Virus record (IMG/VR): IMGVR_UViG_3300021513_000001
Location: 32,001-96,000 of that record
From: a virus
DNA: 64,000 nucleotides
Strand: one strand, 5' to 3'
A program made the translations under genes and the position numbers. The notes under the pieces were generated by a model. That model did not search any database and had not been told where the DNA came from. It saw only the letters and a list, made by a program, of their open reading frames with translations. How positions within the stretch are numbered: position 1 is the stretch's first letter; each line of letters opens with the position of its first letter. This document shows positions 19,201 through 30,400 of the stretch, piece by piece.

Positions 19201-21451
19201 TCTTTGTAATAGAATTAAAAGACATGAAAACAGACATCGTACCTATTGACGGTGTAGTATCCCTAGAAAAACCATATATAACAGACTCACTTAAACTAAA
19301 TTTAGACATTAAATAAAAATCAGGCACACCCTCTTCAGTATCTAACCACGCCCAAACAATCTTATACCTTGGTGTAGAAAGAGGCAATAAAGATAAAGTA
19401 TTATTATAATTATTAATAATATTAACATCTTTGTCTGTGTATCTATAATGAAAAAGTCTTGCTAAATAAACTACATTAGACTTAACAAATGCTATATTTT
19501 GCACACAACTGTTAACATTCGATATACTAAACGAAGAAGAAAAATCATAAACTTTTAATAATAGACCCCATTCTTCTTGAGAATAAGATAGGCTGTATAC
19601 TGCAGAAGTAGTTACTATTGAAATATAGCCACAAATATCTTTAATCTCAGATACATTTTCCAAACCGATATGTTGTGACACAGATATAACATCTAAAGTA
19701 TCAACATCATATTTAAACACAGTATTACCGTTAAATACAAACAATACATTATTGTTACTTTCTATTTTCAAAGAAGATACATTAAAACCAACTACACTAT
19801 CAACCACACCAGTATTCAAGTCATATCTGAACACTTCGCTAACAGGTGATTGATAATAAGCATAAAAAACATATTTGCTAGAAATTGAAACACAAACATT
19901 ATTAGAAGTAGAACAAGACTGCAACAAAGACCATGCATCTGTAATTATATTATATTTATATAAACCTGTTTTATAATATATAAAATAAATACAATTATTT
20001 TCATTATCAAAATCCCAGTTATGTTTTTGGTTTACTATACTTGTTTCTGAAATAAAATATGGATAAGTCCTATCATAAAAATAACCAGTTTTAAGATCAT
20101 AAAAACCAAAATTATCTTTAGATAAATACCACAAACATTTTCTACTATTATCGTGCAATACTATAGCGCCGGTACAATCTATCTTTGTATTATAAACATT
20201 ATTAATAACTATCTCATTATTTACTCCAGAATTAAACTCTCCAACAGTAAAAGATACATCATTAGGTAATGATATCTGATTAGAATAATAATTTATAGCA
20301 TCATTAGAAATAGATAAAGCTTTATATCTATTTGAATCATAAGCAAACATATAAGCATACGTTTGATAATCTGTATTATTATAAAGAGAAATTGGATAAT
20401 CTGTAGAAGTATACCCCCTAACAACTGTACCACAAAACAAAGTATCAACACCAGAAGCTAACACATAATTATCATCATAAGTATTTACAGTTATACCTGT
20501 TATTTTATTTACCGCAGGAAAATCAAACTCTAAATATATTCTACTAGGATAGTTTTTACCTAAATCAAAACTGACACCAGAAGAAGTTATTGTTGTGTTT
20601 ACTTGTCTGCGTTGTCCATTCAGAGCAACAAATGGATCAGATATTGCATTTTCTATAAATATATTATCACAACAAGCAGACCACCAAGTAAAGTCAGACA
20701 AAACCCCATTAAAATATCCTACTCCTGGAGCCCCACCAAGATAAATTACAGAACTTCCTCCAAGAAAAGTACAAGGTTTATTTACCTCAATAAAAGCATC
20801 GTTACATCCAACCCTAAGTTTAGTTTTTGGTTGACATCTTAAAGATATTAAATTCCAAATTCCAGATACAACCGTAATGCCAGTATTATATAGTTCTTCG
20901 GATGTACCATTATATAACATTAAAGATAAATTATTATATTGATTTATTCCTAAACTTAAAATCTCATCATTAGGACCTTCCGCTCTAAAAAACATATTAT
21001 CCTGCGTAACACCGCTTAAATAATCAAAAGGCTTAACATACAATAAAAAAGTATAAGAACAGCCAAACAAAAAATAAGGTTCTGATTTTAAATAAGATGT
21101 TCCACTACACAGCATCCCACTACAAACAACCCCATGAGTAGGTGTAACCCCATAATTTTCAAAATCTAAATCTAAATAATTTTCATTAACGAAATCGAGA
21201 CAGCGACTAAAAGAATAATGACAACACGGATAGCCAAGATCTGTAATATTACCATAATATCCACTAGCTGTTACACCGCTTGTTGTCGATAAACCAACAT
21301 ACACAGATGCAACATTTATATTAAAATCAAAATTTAAACGAAATTTTTTACTTCCCGCTTGTATTGGAACGTTTACCAAATCCACATACGGTATTATTGT
21401 ATCACTGTCTGTTTGATATATAAAACTATCATTTAAAATATCAAGTATCAT
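16241..21451 (-). CDS. 1,736-aa putative virion fibre protein (LamG domains, Kelch-like propeller blades)
   Basis: LamG-like IYLGGAPGVGYFNGVLSDF and CKGRLTEFTCFNRVLSNQE. Blades GLYKYNIITDAWSLL and HYYKYIISIDTWIPI. C-terminal GTFVSPVIDVG...KRYVQLKAVF...TPILNRI module. Confidence 0.72.
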   Translation of the reverse strand: MILDILNDSFIYQTDSDTIIPYVDLVNVPIQAGSKKFRLNFDFNINVASVYVGLSTTSGVTASGYYGNITDLGYPCCHYSFSRCLDFVNENYLDLDFENYGVTPTHGVVCSGMLCSGTSYLKSEPYFLFGCSYTFLLYVKPFDYLSGVTQDNMFFRAEGPNDEILSLGINQYNNLSLMLYNGTSEELYNTGITVVSGIWNLISLRCQPKTKLRVGCNDAFIEVNKPCTFLGGSSVIYLGGAPGVGYFNGVLSDFTWWSACCDNIFIENAISDPFVALNGQRRQVNTTITSSGVSFDLGKNYPSRIYLEFDFPAVNKITGITVNTYDDNYVLASGVDTLFCGTVVRGYTSTDYPISLYNNTDYQTYAYMFAYDSNRYKALSISNDAINYYSNQISLPNDVSFTVGEFNSGVNNEIVINNVYNTKIDCTGAIVLHDNSRKCLWYLSKDNFGFYDLKTGYFYDRTYPYFISETSIVNQKHNWDFDNENNCIYFIYYKTGLYKYNIITDAWSLLQSCSTSNNVCVSISSKYVFYAYYQSPVSEVFRYDLNTGVVDSVVGFNVSSLKIESNNNVLFVFNGNTVFKYDVDTLDVISVSQHIGLENVSEIKDICGYISIVTTSAVYSLSYSQEEWGLLLKVYDFSSSFSISNVNSCVQNIAFVKSNVVYLARLFHYRYTDKDVNIINNYNNTLSLLPLSTPRYKIVWAWLDTEEGVPDFYLMSKFSLSESVIYGFSRDTTPSIGTMSVFMSFNSITKKYTNLSSVVTNNIIDVEHGFLVETYDYVYYINFNKGHYYKYIISIDTWIPISSPKTYSSVSNCTIISAVWDLDKKIYIAGESLGGYVHQNYDEVPDRYYSFFGYINVDTDIIHSLYYLPYSSVVGKSNSGENLSLGGTSFTCDLNYNVINKFLFLAVSQYTSRALSYTFDMTVPTPSGSVDYVFDSLEDLYDYGCIIYNPCTNSRFNNLMNNYYFYTGYYFNVDDSDIPERGSIYACSVSQYYNFRWLGGSVGFKTGYEFSLNFRVKIPDRDTYMPIVLDSPNGGKDGFEVGFDNNDIISCCRKGETSLTLVYPMSSAGVSKGDWVDFGASLSCASGTCINLYINGQNITSSSISTSCSGYNSNSILHFMYTTGSPYKNSTGFYHNGCKGRLTEFTCFNRVLSNQEFFDISYNASGKLIARILMDYNVINESRLPQSSYNTSIPPNPPDYRYDGVKRVYSIYDYISDYIYYLSDYTMIKLDVITSTPQVTNLRKNYNNNCDYNFETQIIKNCFVETTLNTVAGQSVYGLVYIGSNVFDTSTKYYDVGTFVSPVIDVGEIGIIAYNFEYSLTRDAYLEFYIRYANDKPVDFCHIYYIDNTNTFIELSLATGKVFNEFSVNLSKSCDVYYDNDVIKVTVDGSVYNSTNYITPINVFDLTGYTLANVVKTWFSYNGSYILYYTSDKYLVGFPQHLGIPCMRASVVYSSVNHVSWDKYAQRLSVAVDEGVYVYNYMLGEEDYVINAYRIFSIYYGSVVIKNSDSSVLLNKDGVYYNYTVDDIDFSKCIEFDYVTEWMYYVTLGGNLKRMRFVESNSGYELEFLDTGIDKVNDIYKITYDYVILIVDSNLSIYTKNSFIAVSNYPLPYINSGNVVFFDYNPTNKTTYYTLDYLSNNDLVWSDLLDWVPLGSKSSGFVIGKRYVQLKAVFKAGSNRNATPILNRIYFGLPVRVGPILPHSAKDFFVKLNVPLDDQEDIYSVKLIALSEDIVR

Positions 21452-21497
21452 TTAATTTTTTCCAATTTTTAGATATAAATTAAATATATTTTCCATT

Positions 21498-24400
21498 CTA
21501 ATAAACACCTGACCATTTTATTTTCAAATTTAACTGATTTAATTCTTTGCTTTTTCCCTCATAACGTATTGGAATTTTTATATATTCAGCTGGTTGTATT
21601 TCCCCAACATATAGTGGTGAGCTTTCTACTAAATTTTTATATTCATTTCCATGCTTAACAAATAGTTTATCGTTTACTAATAGGTTTTCTCTATTCCTTG
21701 AATGTATCTTTATATAATTAACTTGTCCGCATAAACCAAGAGAATTATAAATACTTGTTATATATACAGGACTTCCACCTACCATAACACCAAAAACTTT
21801 TAGTTTCATTATTTCTATTATATTAAACTGAATTCTTCCAACCATAAACCCGTTAACATATAATTCTGACCAAAAACACCCGCCTTTACAAAACCAATCA
21901 AGTTTTAGCTTTATTCTATCATTTACATTAAACTTACATGCCTTACCAAATTTTTTAACTGTTCTAACATCATGCTTATAAGAGTACACACCCAATACGA
22001 ACTCACCTGATAGCTTGTTCACAAGAGAAAAACATAACTCGTCACTAAACACTGATAATAAGACCTTATCTGATAATATATTTCCAAATATCTTACCATC
22101 ACTATCCCAATATGTTATATAATCTAACTGAACACTACCCGAATCAGACTCATAATACAAATGCATACAAAAAGCATCTTTATTAGACGACAAAACATTC
22201 TTAACAGAGGATTTATCAACAAAAATATTATCAAGTACTAAAATTCCTAATTCATGTAAATAAATTCCACCAAACCATACATTAAATATATCTAAATCAT
22301 TAAATAATAAACTATCTGTAACAACATTAAATACATACTTAATAACATAACTACTATAAAAATTAAGTCTAATAGTATTCCACCCGCTCATTAAACTTAA
22401 ATTCCATCTATAGTAAGTGCCGTTTCTTTTATCTCCAATACATAAATAAAAGTTATCAACGTTATTAGATGAATATATTCTTAATACTAATTCGTCTGTA
22501 ATAGACCATTCTTTATCCATTCCAAATTTTTCATAATAAGTACCTACTTCAAAAACAGTATTCTTAAAAAACCTTACACCTATAGAAGTAGAACATCCTT
22601 TTATATAAAAAAATTCTTCATAAAGTTCTACATCTCCAAAATATACTCTCCAAGAATCAACCGAGGCTGTTATAAAATCCTCTGAAACACTAACAGTATA
22701 TTCGTCTATAATGAAACCACAGTCATACAAACCGTCAGTTTTAGCTAATACAGAAGTAAAATTACCCGCAGGCAAACTATCTAAATCTAGAACAGAATAC
22801 GACACACATTCGTTAACAAACTGCTTACTGAAATAATAATTTGGTTGGCACACCCCTGTTTCAGAATAATTAATAGACTCTAACGCTAGCGTTTTATCTA
22901 ATTCATAAATATTACAAAAAGTATTATCAAATTTTCTAACATTAGAAAATGATAAAATCTTAATATATTCTATAAATACTACATTACCCGAAAGCAAATT
23001 ATTATTGAAAAAAAACTCTGATACTTGTTTGGTTTCATAAATTATTAAATCAATAGTAGTAAAAGAAACAGAATCAAACTCAGCAATTATAGTAGAATTA
23101 ATATTATCTTCTATATCAAATACAGTAACTGAATCCATAACTATACTACACTTTGTTATATATCCAGCATACTCAGTGCCAACATTATATCCAGATTTTA
23201 TAACAATACGATCACAAACTCCACCGCCAAAAAGTTTCAGATGTATTACCAAACTATCAGAAAAACTTGATACCATATAATCATTTATATCTGTTTTATT
23301 TCGTTTCCATTTAACATTATAAACATCTGTCAAAGTTGAACTAACACTTAATACTGAAGCCGAAAGAAGATCTATATATTTAGAATCTCCTGTATATTCC
23401 CATCTCGAATCCTCACAGCCGCTAATTGTTGGAAAAACACTAAATACCCCAGGATCTAAATTAAAAGCATCTTTACTAACGTTATTAGACAAGACATACC
23501 ACCTAGCATCAGACAAAGAACATTGAGTAGTCAATAAACAAGGATTATCAATGTTATCTGAGTAATACATAACATTTGAAAAGTTATGCGCTTGTTGCTG
23601 GGTAAGAAACCCAACCCCCACATTAGAACCAAAATCTATAAAAAATTTATATTTTATATTACAGTCACTAATACTACAACTAGTATAACCTAATTTTTCC
23701 AAATAGGAATTATAATATAATAATAACTCTGAAGAACTTGTTTCTATATTTGACCATATAAATTCGTCTATTATAGAAGGTGTATTACGTCCAAATATTA
23801 AACTAGAACTATATTGATTTATTGGTTCATAAATTTTATAATCTACTATTGTATTATTATGTGCCAACTTTAAACTAATACCCAGATTATCTATAATATT
23901 AATATTATTTAAAGTCTCATTATATGTTTGATACCTATCAAATACTCTTATTGTATCTACATATCCCTGAATAAATAATTTAAAACTAGCGTCAACCGGA
24001 GGCATGAAATATTCAGAAAAATAATAGTTATTATCACCGCCATAAAAAGTAACCCCGCCAGGGGTATTACCAAAAGATAAATAATTAAATGCATTCTTTT
24101 TACTTCTTACTATTTTTTCTAAACCGTTAGGTGTATTTAAATAAATATTCGTATCATTATGTGGAGAAAATAATACAAAAACAGGAATTGTATCCATGAT
24201 TATGGGTTCATATAAAGAAGAATCTGAATAAATCTCAGATCGCATTTGATATCCATTTCCACTCTTCAATAAGTAATCTCTAGAAAGATTAATTCTACAA
24301 TTCAATATATCAAACATTATATCAAGATAACCACTAGCAGTATAAGCCAAACGATAAGAGGAAAGACCAGAAAAATAACACTTTCTTAAATAAACATAAA

Positions 24401-27400
24401 AAGACCGCGTGCCTTCGATCTTAAACACGTACGTACTTGATGTAGCAACATACCTACAATTATCCATTGTAAAATAACTAACTTTGTCACCTTGTGTTCT
24501 AAAAGAAATATTATTAGTCGGCAACTGCTCTGTTATTGTTATATTCTTAAATATCACCTCACATCCATTTAATTTTACTGAACTTCCACTTATAACTATA
24601 TTTATATCACTATAATTACCAACACCAATTATTATAATATTTTTACTAATTGTATAACCACCTATGCTATAAGTACCAGGCAATACATAAATAATTTCCC
24701 CATTCGAAGCTTCAGATATAGCAGAAGTTAGAGTAATATAATTATCACCAACTACTTTTGCCCCATCAAATTTTACCAAATCTTCATTTATTTCAATATA
24801 AGACAAAAATATTGAATTGTCTATTTTAACAACAGAATCAACAAAAAAATATCTACACTTATCTACTAACTCATTCAAATTAACATATATAATATCTTGA
24901 TATGCTTTATTTGTTGGTGAAAATTTCCATGCTGTAGGAACTAATGCTACAGCATCTGCTGGTGTCATAAATTCTTCACTATCAACAGTAATACTATCCA
25001 AATAAGCTATAACACCTGGACCTGTTCCTTCCACAGACACTTTATAATAATATTGTTTAGCACAATCCTGCGATAATATAACTATCCAATCATCACCATC
25101 ACTTAAAAAATATTGTATATTATAACCGTCATTTATTATTTTCAATTTTCTATTACTAACATTTGAAACGTGGTAAATAGAAGAATTGCCGGATGATCCA
25201 CTACAATAATAATTTACCCAAGAAGCAGTCCCATCATTATACCCAACTTTAAATTTAGATACACCAAATATCCTATCTTTATAACTATCATACGCTTCTA
25301 CATTTAAAGACAGAGCTAAACCGTTTACAAAATCAAACGATAAATCATTATAGCTTAAAACTACTTCAAAAGGAGCACAGAAAAATATATTTGACTGTAT
25401 TTTATCTCCATTAACTGACATTAGCTTCAAAGAACTATTATATATTCTAGGATCACCGCTAACTGCCCACCTTTTTAAATTTGGAGACCTACCATCAGAA
25501 AGATTAAAATTATCATTAGCCCCAACAGAAAACAACCAATCTCTTTTTAATTCTCTATATAAAATTCTATCTTCAAAACATCTAAATCTATGAACTGTAG
25601 TAACTTGATTACCGTAGGTTCCCTTGCCATACAAATTACCCCACCAAGCATATAAATCACCATTTATAATATAATCTAATACTAAATAACCATTAGTAGG
25701 ACCTTGCCAATAAATTATAGTCCCAGTTCCTGGTACAAATTTAACACCTATCATATAAGGCCGACCATATACAGGATAAAACAACCTATTATCGCCATCA
25801 TATATACGACTATAAGAATAACCATCAATATAAAGTCTAAATACACCGGCATCATAACTAATATAAATACTTTCCCCAGTATGATCATAATAAGCACTAC
25901 GAAAAGGGGTATTACAAACAACAAAACCAGCACTATAACTATTATTATAATCTTCTATAGTAAAAGAACATTCAAATGTAATAACACCGGCTGAACGTAT
26001 TATTTTATTTGTACGAATATTTCCACCTTCTAACTTTATATAATTATCATTAACATACGAATAATTTCCATCTATAACAACATCACAATATGAATTCAAG
26101 TCATCATTAATTACAAAATTATCAAAATAACATTCTAATTTCGAGCTACCATCCCAAGAACTGTGCTCTAATCTAATATATGATACATTAACATCCTCTG
26201 GCACCATCCAATCAACAAGACGAAACCACTGATTTTTTTGCAAAAAATATGAAGAAAATATATTTTCTTTTTTAATTATTCTAATTTTTCCAAAATCATC
26301 ATTTTGTGCTGCATATTGTGCCAAAGTAGTCCAGTCACCATCTATACAAATAGTTGTTTTATATCCACAATTAGAATGAGTCCCCTGTCTTCTAATATCA
26401 AAGCGGTTTCCATTCTCAAAATAAATAACAAGTTGCTGAGACAATTCAGACGAATAGTAATAATTGCCTAACTCAAAATCTACCTGAACATTAAAATCTC
26501 CAACAGGCGTATATTTAGTATCAATATAAATATGTTCAGCACAATATTTTACATGAAGCTTATTATTTTTTATCTCTATATTAGAAGTTGAACCAGACCA
26601 CAAGGTTTGATCATATAAATCGCCATCATTACCTGTAAAATCATCACTCATATACTCTACAAAACCAGATCCGCTAAATGAAGTATTAAATGTTCCTTCT
26701 CCGGCTTTAAAAGTTTCATCAATAATTGTATTTACATCATATCTCGATTTATAAATTGCTTTTATTGTTTGGTCAGATGTATTAGTAAACAGCTGCTTAT
26801 CTATATTATAATTTCCTACTGATACACTAGATACAGTATTAACATCACTACTATATGATAAAACACTATCTATTTTAAGTTCAACAAAATACTCACTAAA
26901 CCAACACAAAGATAGATCCTTCTCTTTGTATGTTAAACCTATACTATACGGTTTATTAATTAAAAATCCGCCAGCGGGGATTGAAGAACTAACACCTCCT
27001 ATCCATGAAAAACTAAAAGGATAGTCGAGTTTAGAAACCAACTCACTATTAACAACACCGTAACTATCTTCATTAATAAATTTTCTACCACGTACAAATA
27101 AAGTACTAATACCGGGAGATTCTAACAACTCTAAATCAGTATCTGCTATACCTACCCCCTTTGTTAATAAAATCTTTTTTATTCTTAAACTAAAACTGTT
27201 ATCACCATAAAGATAAACTTTCACATCTACAGGATAAATATAATCATAACCATAATCATATGAACCAATTTCACACCAGGTAGTTCCGTATTTTCTATAA
27301 TAAAAATAAAAAACAGAATCTGTTCTTTCTATACGTAATCCTCCTGATACACTACCAACACCGCCGCTTTTATAACCATGAGAAGCATAAACATAGTGAT

Positions 27401-30400
27401 TATCAAACCGATGTTTTACATAAACATCATTATAATAAGTATTATTTTTAAACACTGCTTTTAAAACTACTGAAGCTTCTCCACTAGAATAGTCGCTAAA
27501 ACCATCAAAATATACATCTATAATAAAAGCCCCATCTATCGAAAATCTTGAACGTAAACTTTCAGCACTTCCCAAATGCTCAAGCCAAACTCCGCCGCTA
27601 TCTACCTCATACGGAGAAGATATAATCCACTTATAGTCTAAAACACCTTCTTCAGAAAAATCAGTACTGTACTGATCATTAGATGTAAACTTATAAGCTA
27701 TTTCATTTTTAGATTTATAACCAACGAACTCATTAAAAAGATAATGGGCTGTTGTATATGCATTTTTAGAAAACAAAGAAAAATTATCATAAACATCATA
27801 ATAAGTAATATTGTCGTAACTATACATTAATGTGCACGGTTCGTATGAGCCTGTTTCACTAATATAATAAATAACAGCCCTATTAACACCACAATTACTA
27901 CCAAGATCCACCCCAACAGCAGACAAAACATCATCTCCACCCTTTTGTATAGAATGTGACAAATCATAATTTATAACTACGTTGTCATCAAGATAAGAAG
28001 TTTTTCCAGATAAAATACCAAAATATAAATCATCAGAATAAGAAACATACCCCTGCCGTATAGGAATAAGAACATCATCAATATAACACTTTATCTCAGT
28101 TACTTTTATACTTTTTGAAGATTCGTTTACAAACTTTAAATATCTTAAACTTATATTATTAAAATTATATACAAACTTCTTAACAGTATAATCTCTACAA
28201 AAAGTTAAACTTTTGTTAAAGTTGTCTAAAATAGTAGAATTGTCCAGAACATTACCAGAATACACATAACTTAATCCATCGTTTACAGTATACCAAATCT
28301 TTTTTCCAGAAACAACTTTAGACGCTTTAATCTCACAAGATATAAACTCGGCTATTATATTACCTTTAACATGCGGAGCATTAAAAATAGTTGAAATAGC
28401 TACTAATACCTCAGTATCAAATAAAGAAAAGGTTGTTAACTCATGCCATTTGTCACTATAAAAACAATAAAAAGTCCAAGCATTGTCACGCTTCTTTATT
28501 TTTAATCCAACATTTCTTCCTAAAACATTACTAAAATTATAATAAGTAGGATCAACTTGATTTTCTAACTTAAATTCTAAACCATACTCCGGACTGAGTT
28601 GAAACGAAGAATAAAATCTTAAATAATTATTGTAATTCCGATCACAACAAGCCAGCCCTATATATACAAAATCTTCTATATTGCCTACATAATTAAACCT
28701 CAGTTCTATATCTATATCATTATAAAACTCATTAACATTTATATAATTAAACCATCTTATCGCTTCATTTTTTAATGGTCTTAATTTTAACCCCACATCT
28801 ATATAAACAAATTCACCATCTTTACCAGGAACTAAATAATCATAAGGAGCGTACCAATCATCATAGACAGTAGTCTTAAAATTATAATATTTACTTACAA
28901 AAAAATTTTCTAAGTTAAGCAAATTTTTTAATGAATATGTATTATATTCACTATTTATATAATTACTAGAAACAAAATAAAACTCAGAATGTGTATACTT
29001 AGTAGGAACAAAACCTTTATGTACAATGTCGTTATCAAAATCATATTCATACACCAAACTGTCTAACAAGTCTGCAGTATAATCTAACAAATAACAATTT
29101 AATGGTTTAATTCTAGTATTATATATTGTTAAAACACCTTCTCCTGATTCGTTACTGGAGACAAAATAATCATCTGGAACAAAAGACGAATATACATTAA
29201 TATTATCAAGGTTAAAAACCCTGTCATTAGAAATAAGACAAACATTTATAACTAAACTTTTTATATGGGTACCTATATAAATATCTTTTTTATCGCCATT
29301 ATTATTTAAATCAAACATTACCATTTTAGAACAGTCTAAAAAACCACACACATCAACAACATAAGCTAACATATTACCTGTTTTTGTACATATTTCTATT
29401 TCAGAAAAACTTATATTTGGAAGATTCTTGTTATTATAAACAAAAACACCAACCCCTTTAGTTTTTACCTCATTTTTTATATCAAACTTCCAATTATCAA
29501 TTTGATATTCTGAAATTATAACATCTTCTATATTAGAAAAACTCGGAGAAGTTTTAGTATTATCCAAAATTTCTAATAAATAATTATCAAAACTTTCTTC
29601 TTCAGTGCTATATATTAAAACACTACATATATCTATTGCTACCGGAAACTCATAATAAAACAAAACACTTCCTGGTATAAAAGAACATGTATAATTATTA
29701 TACTCATATACATTAATTATATAATCATTCCAACTATATCTTAAAATATTTTTATTTTTTATTGATGTTAAATCTATAGGAGGACTATAATCATAATTAT
29801 CTAACTCTATTTCAGTAACATCTGCATAAAGTATATTGTCAGATAAACAATCTATACCTACAATCTCGCCAGGAATTTCTGTCACATTTCCTTGATCGTC
29901 TTTAACATTAAGTTGACAACCAAGTATTTTATAATTAAAGTTATTATTAAATATTATATTAAATTCTTTATCATAAGAATCGGAATACTCTAATAAAAAT
30001 GACAGTTTATCTACATAAGAGGTTTCATTATAAACAGCAAGTATTGGAATATCATTATTTGTCGGTGCTTTAAAATAAGCATAAAAAGAAACAGAAGAAA
30101 ATGAAGTTTCCTCTATATCACTTTTATTTATACTATCAGAATACCCAGAAACTACACCGTAATAATTTATAACAAAATCAGCCTTTCTAGATATACCTAT
30201 CTTTAAATTATAAAAACCTATTACATCTCCTCTATATACTCTACATACCCAATCTAGTATATGTTTTGACATCTTATTTGTTTCTGATAAAAAATAACTA
30301 TTAACTACCTCATAAACATCTTTATTTTTCCTATATATTAAAATTTTTCCACCGCCAGAAAGAGCTTTACAATAAATTTCAAAACAATTAAGATATCCAT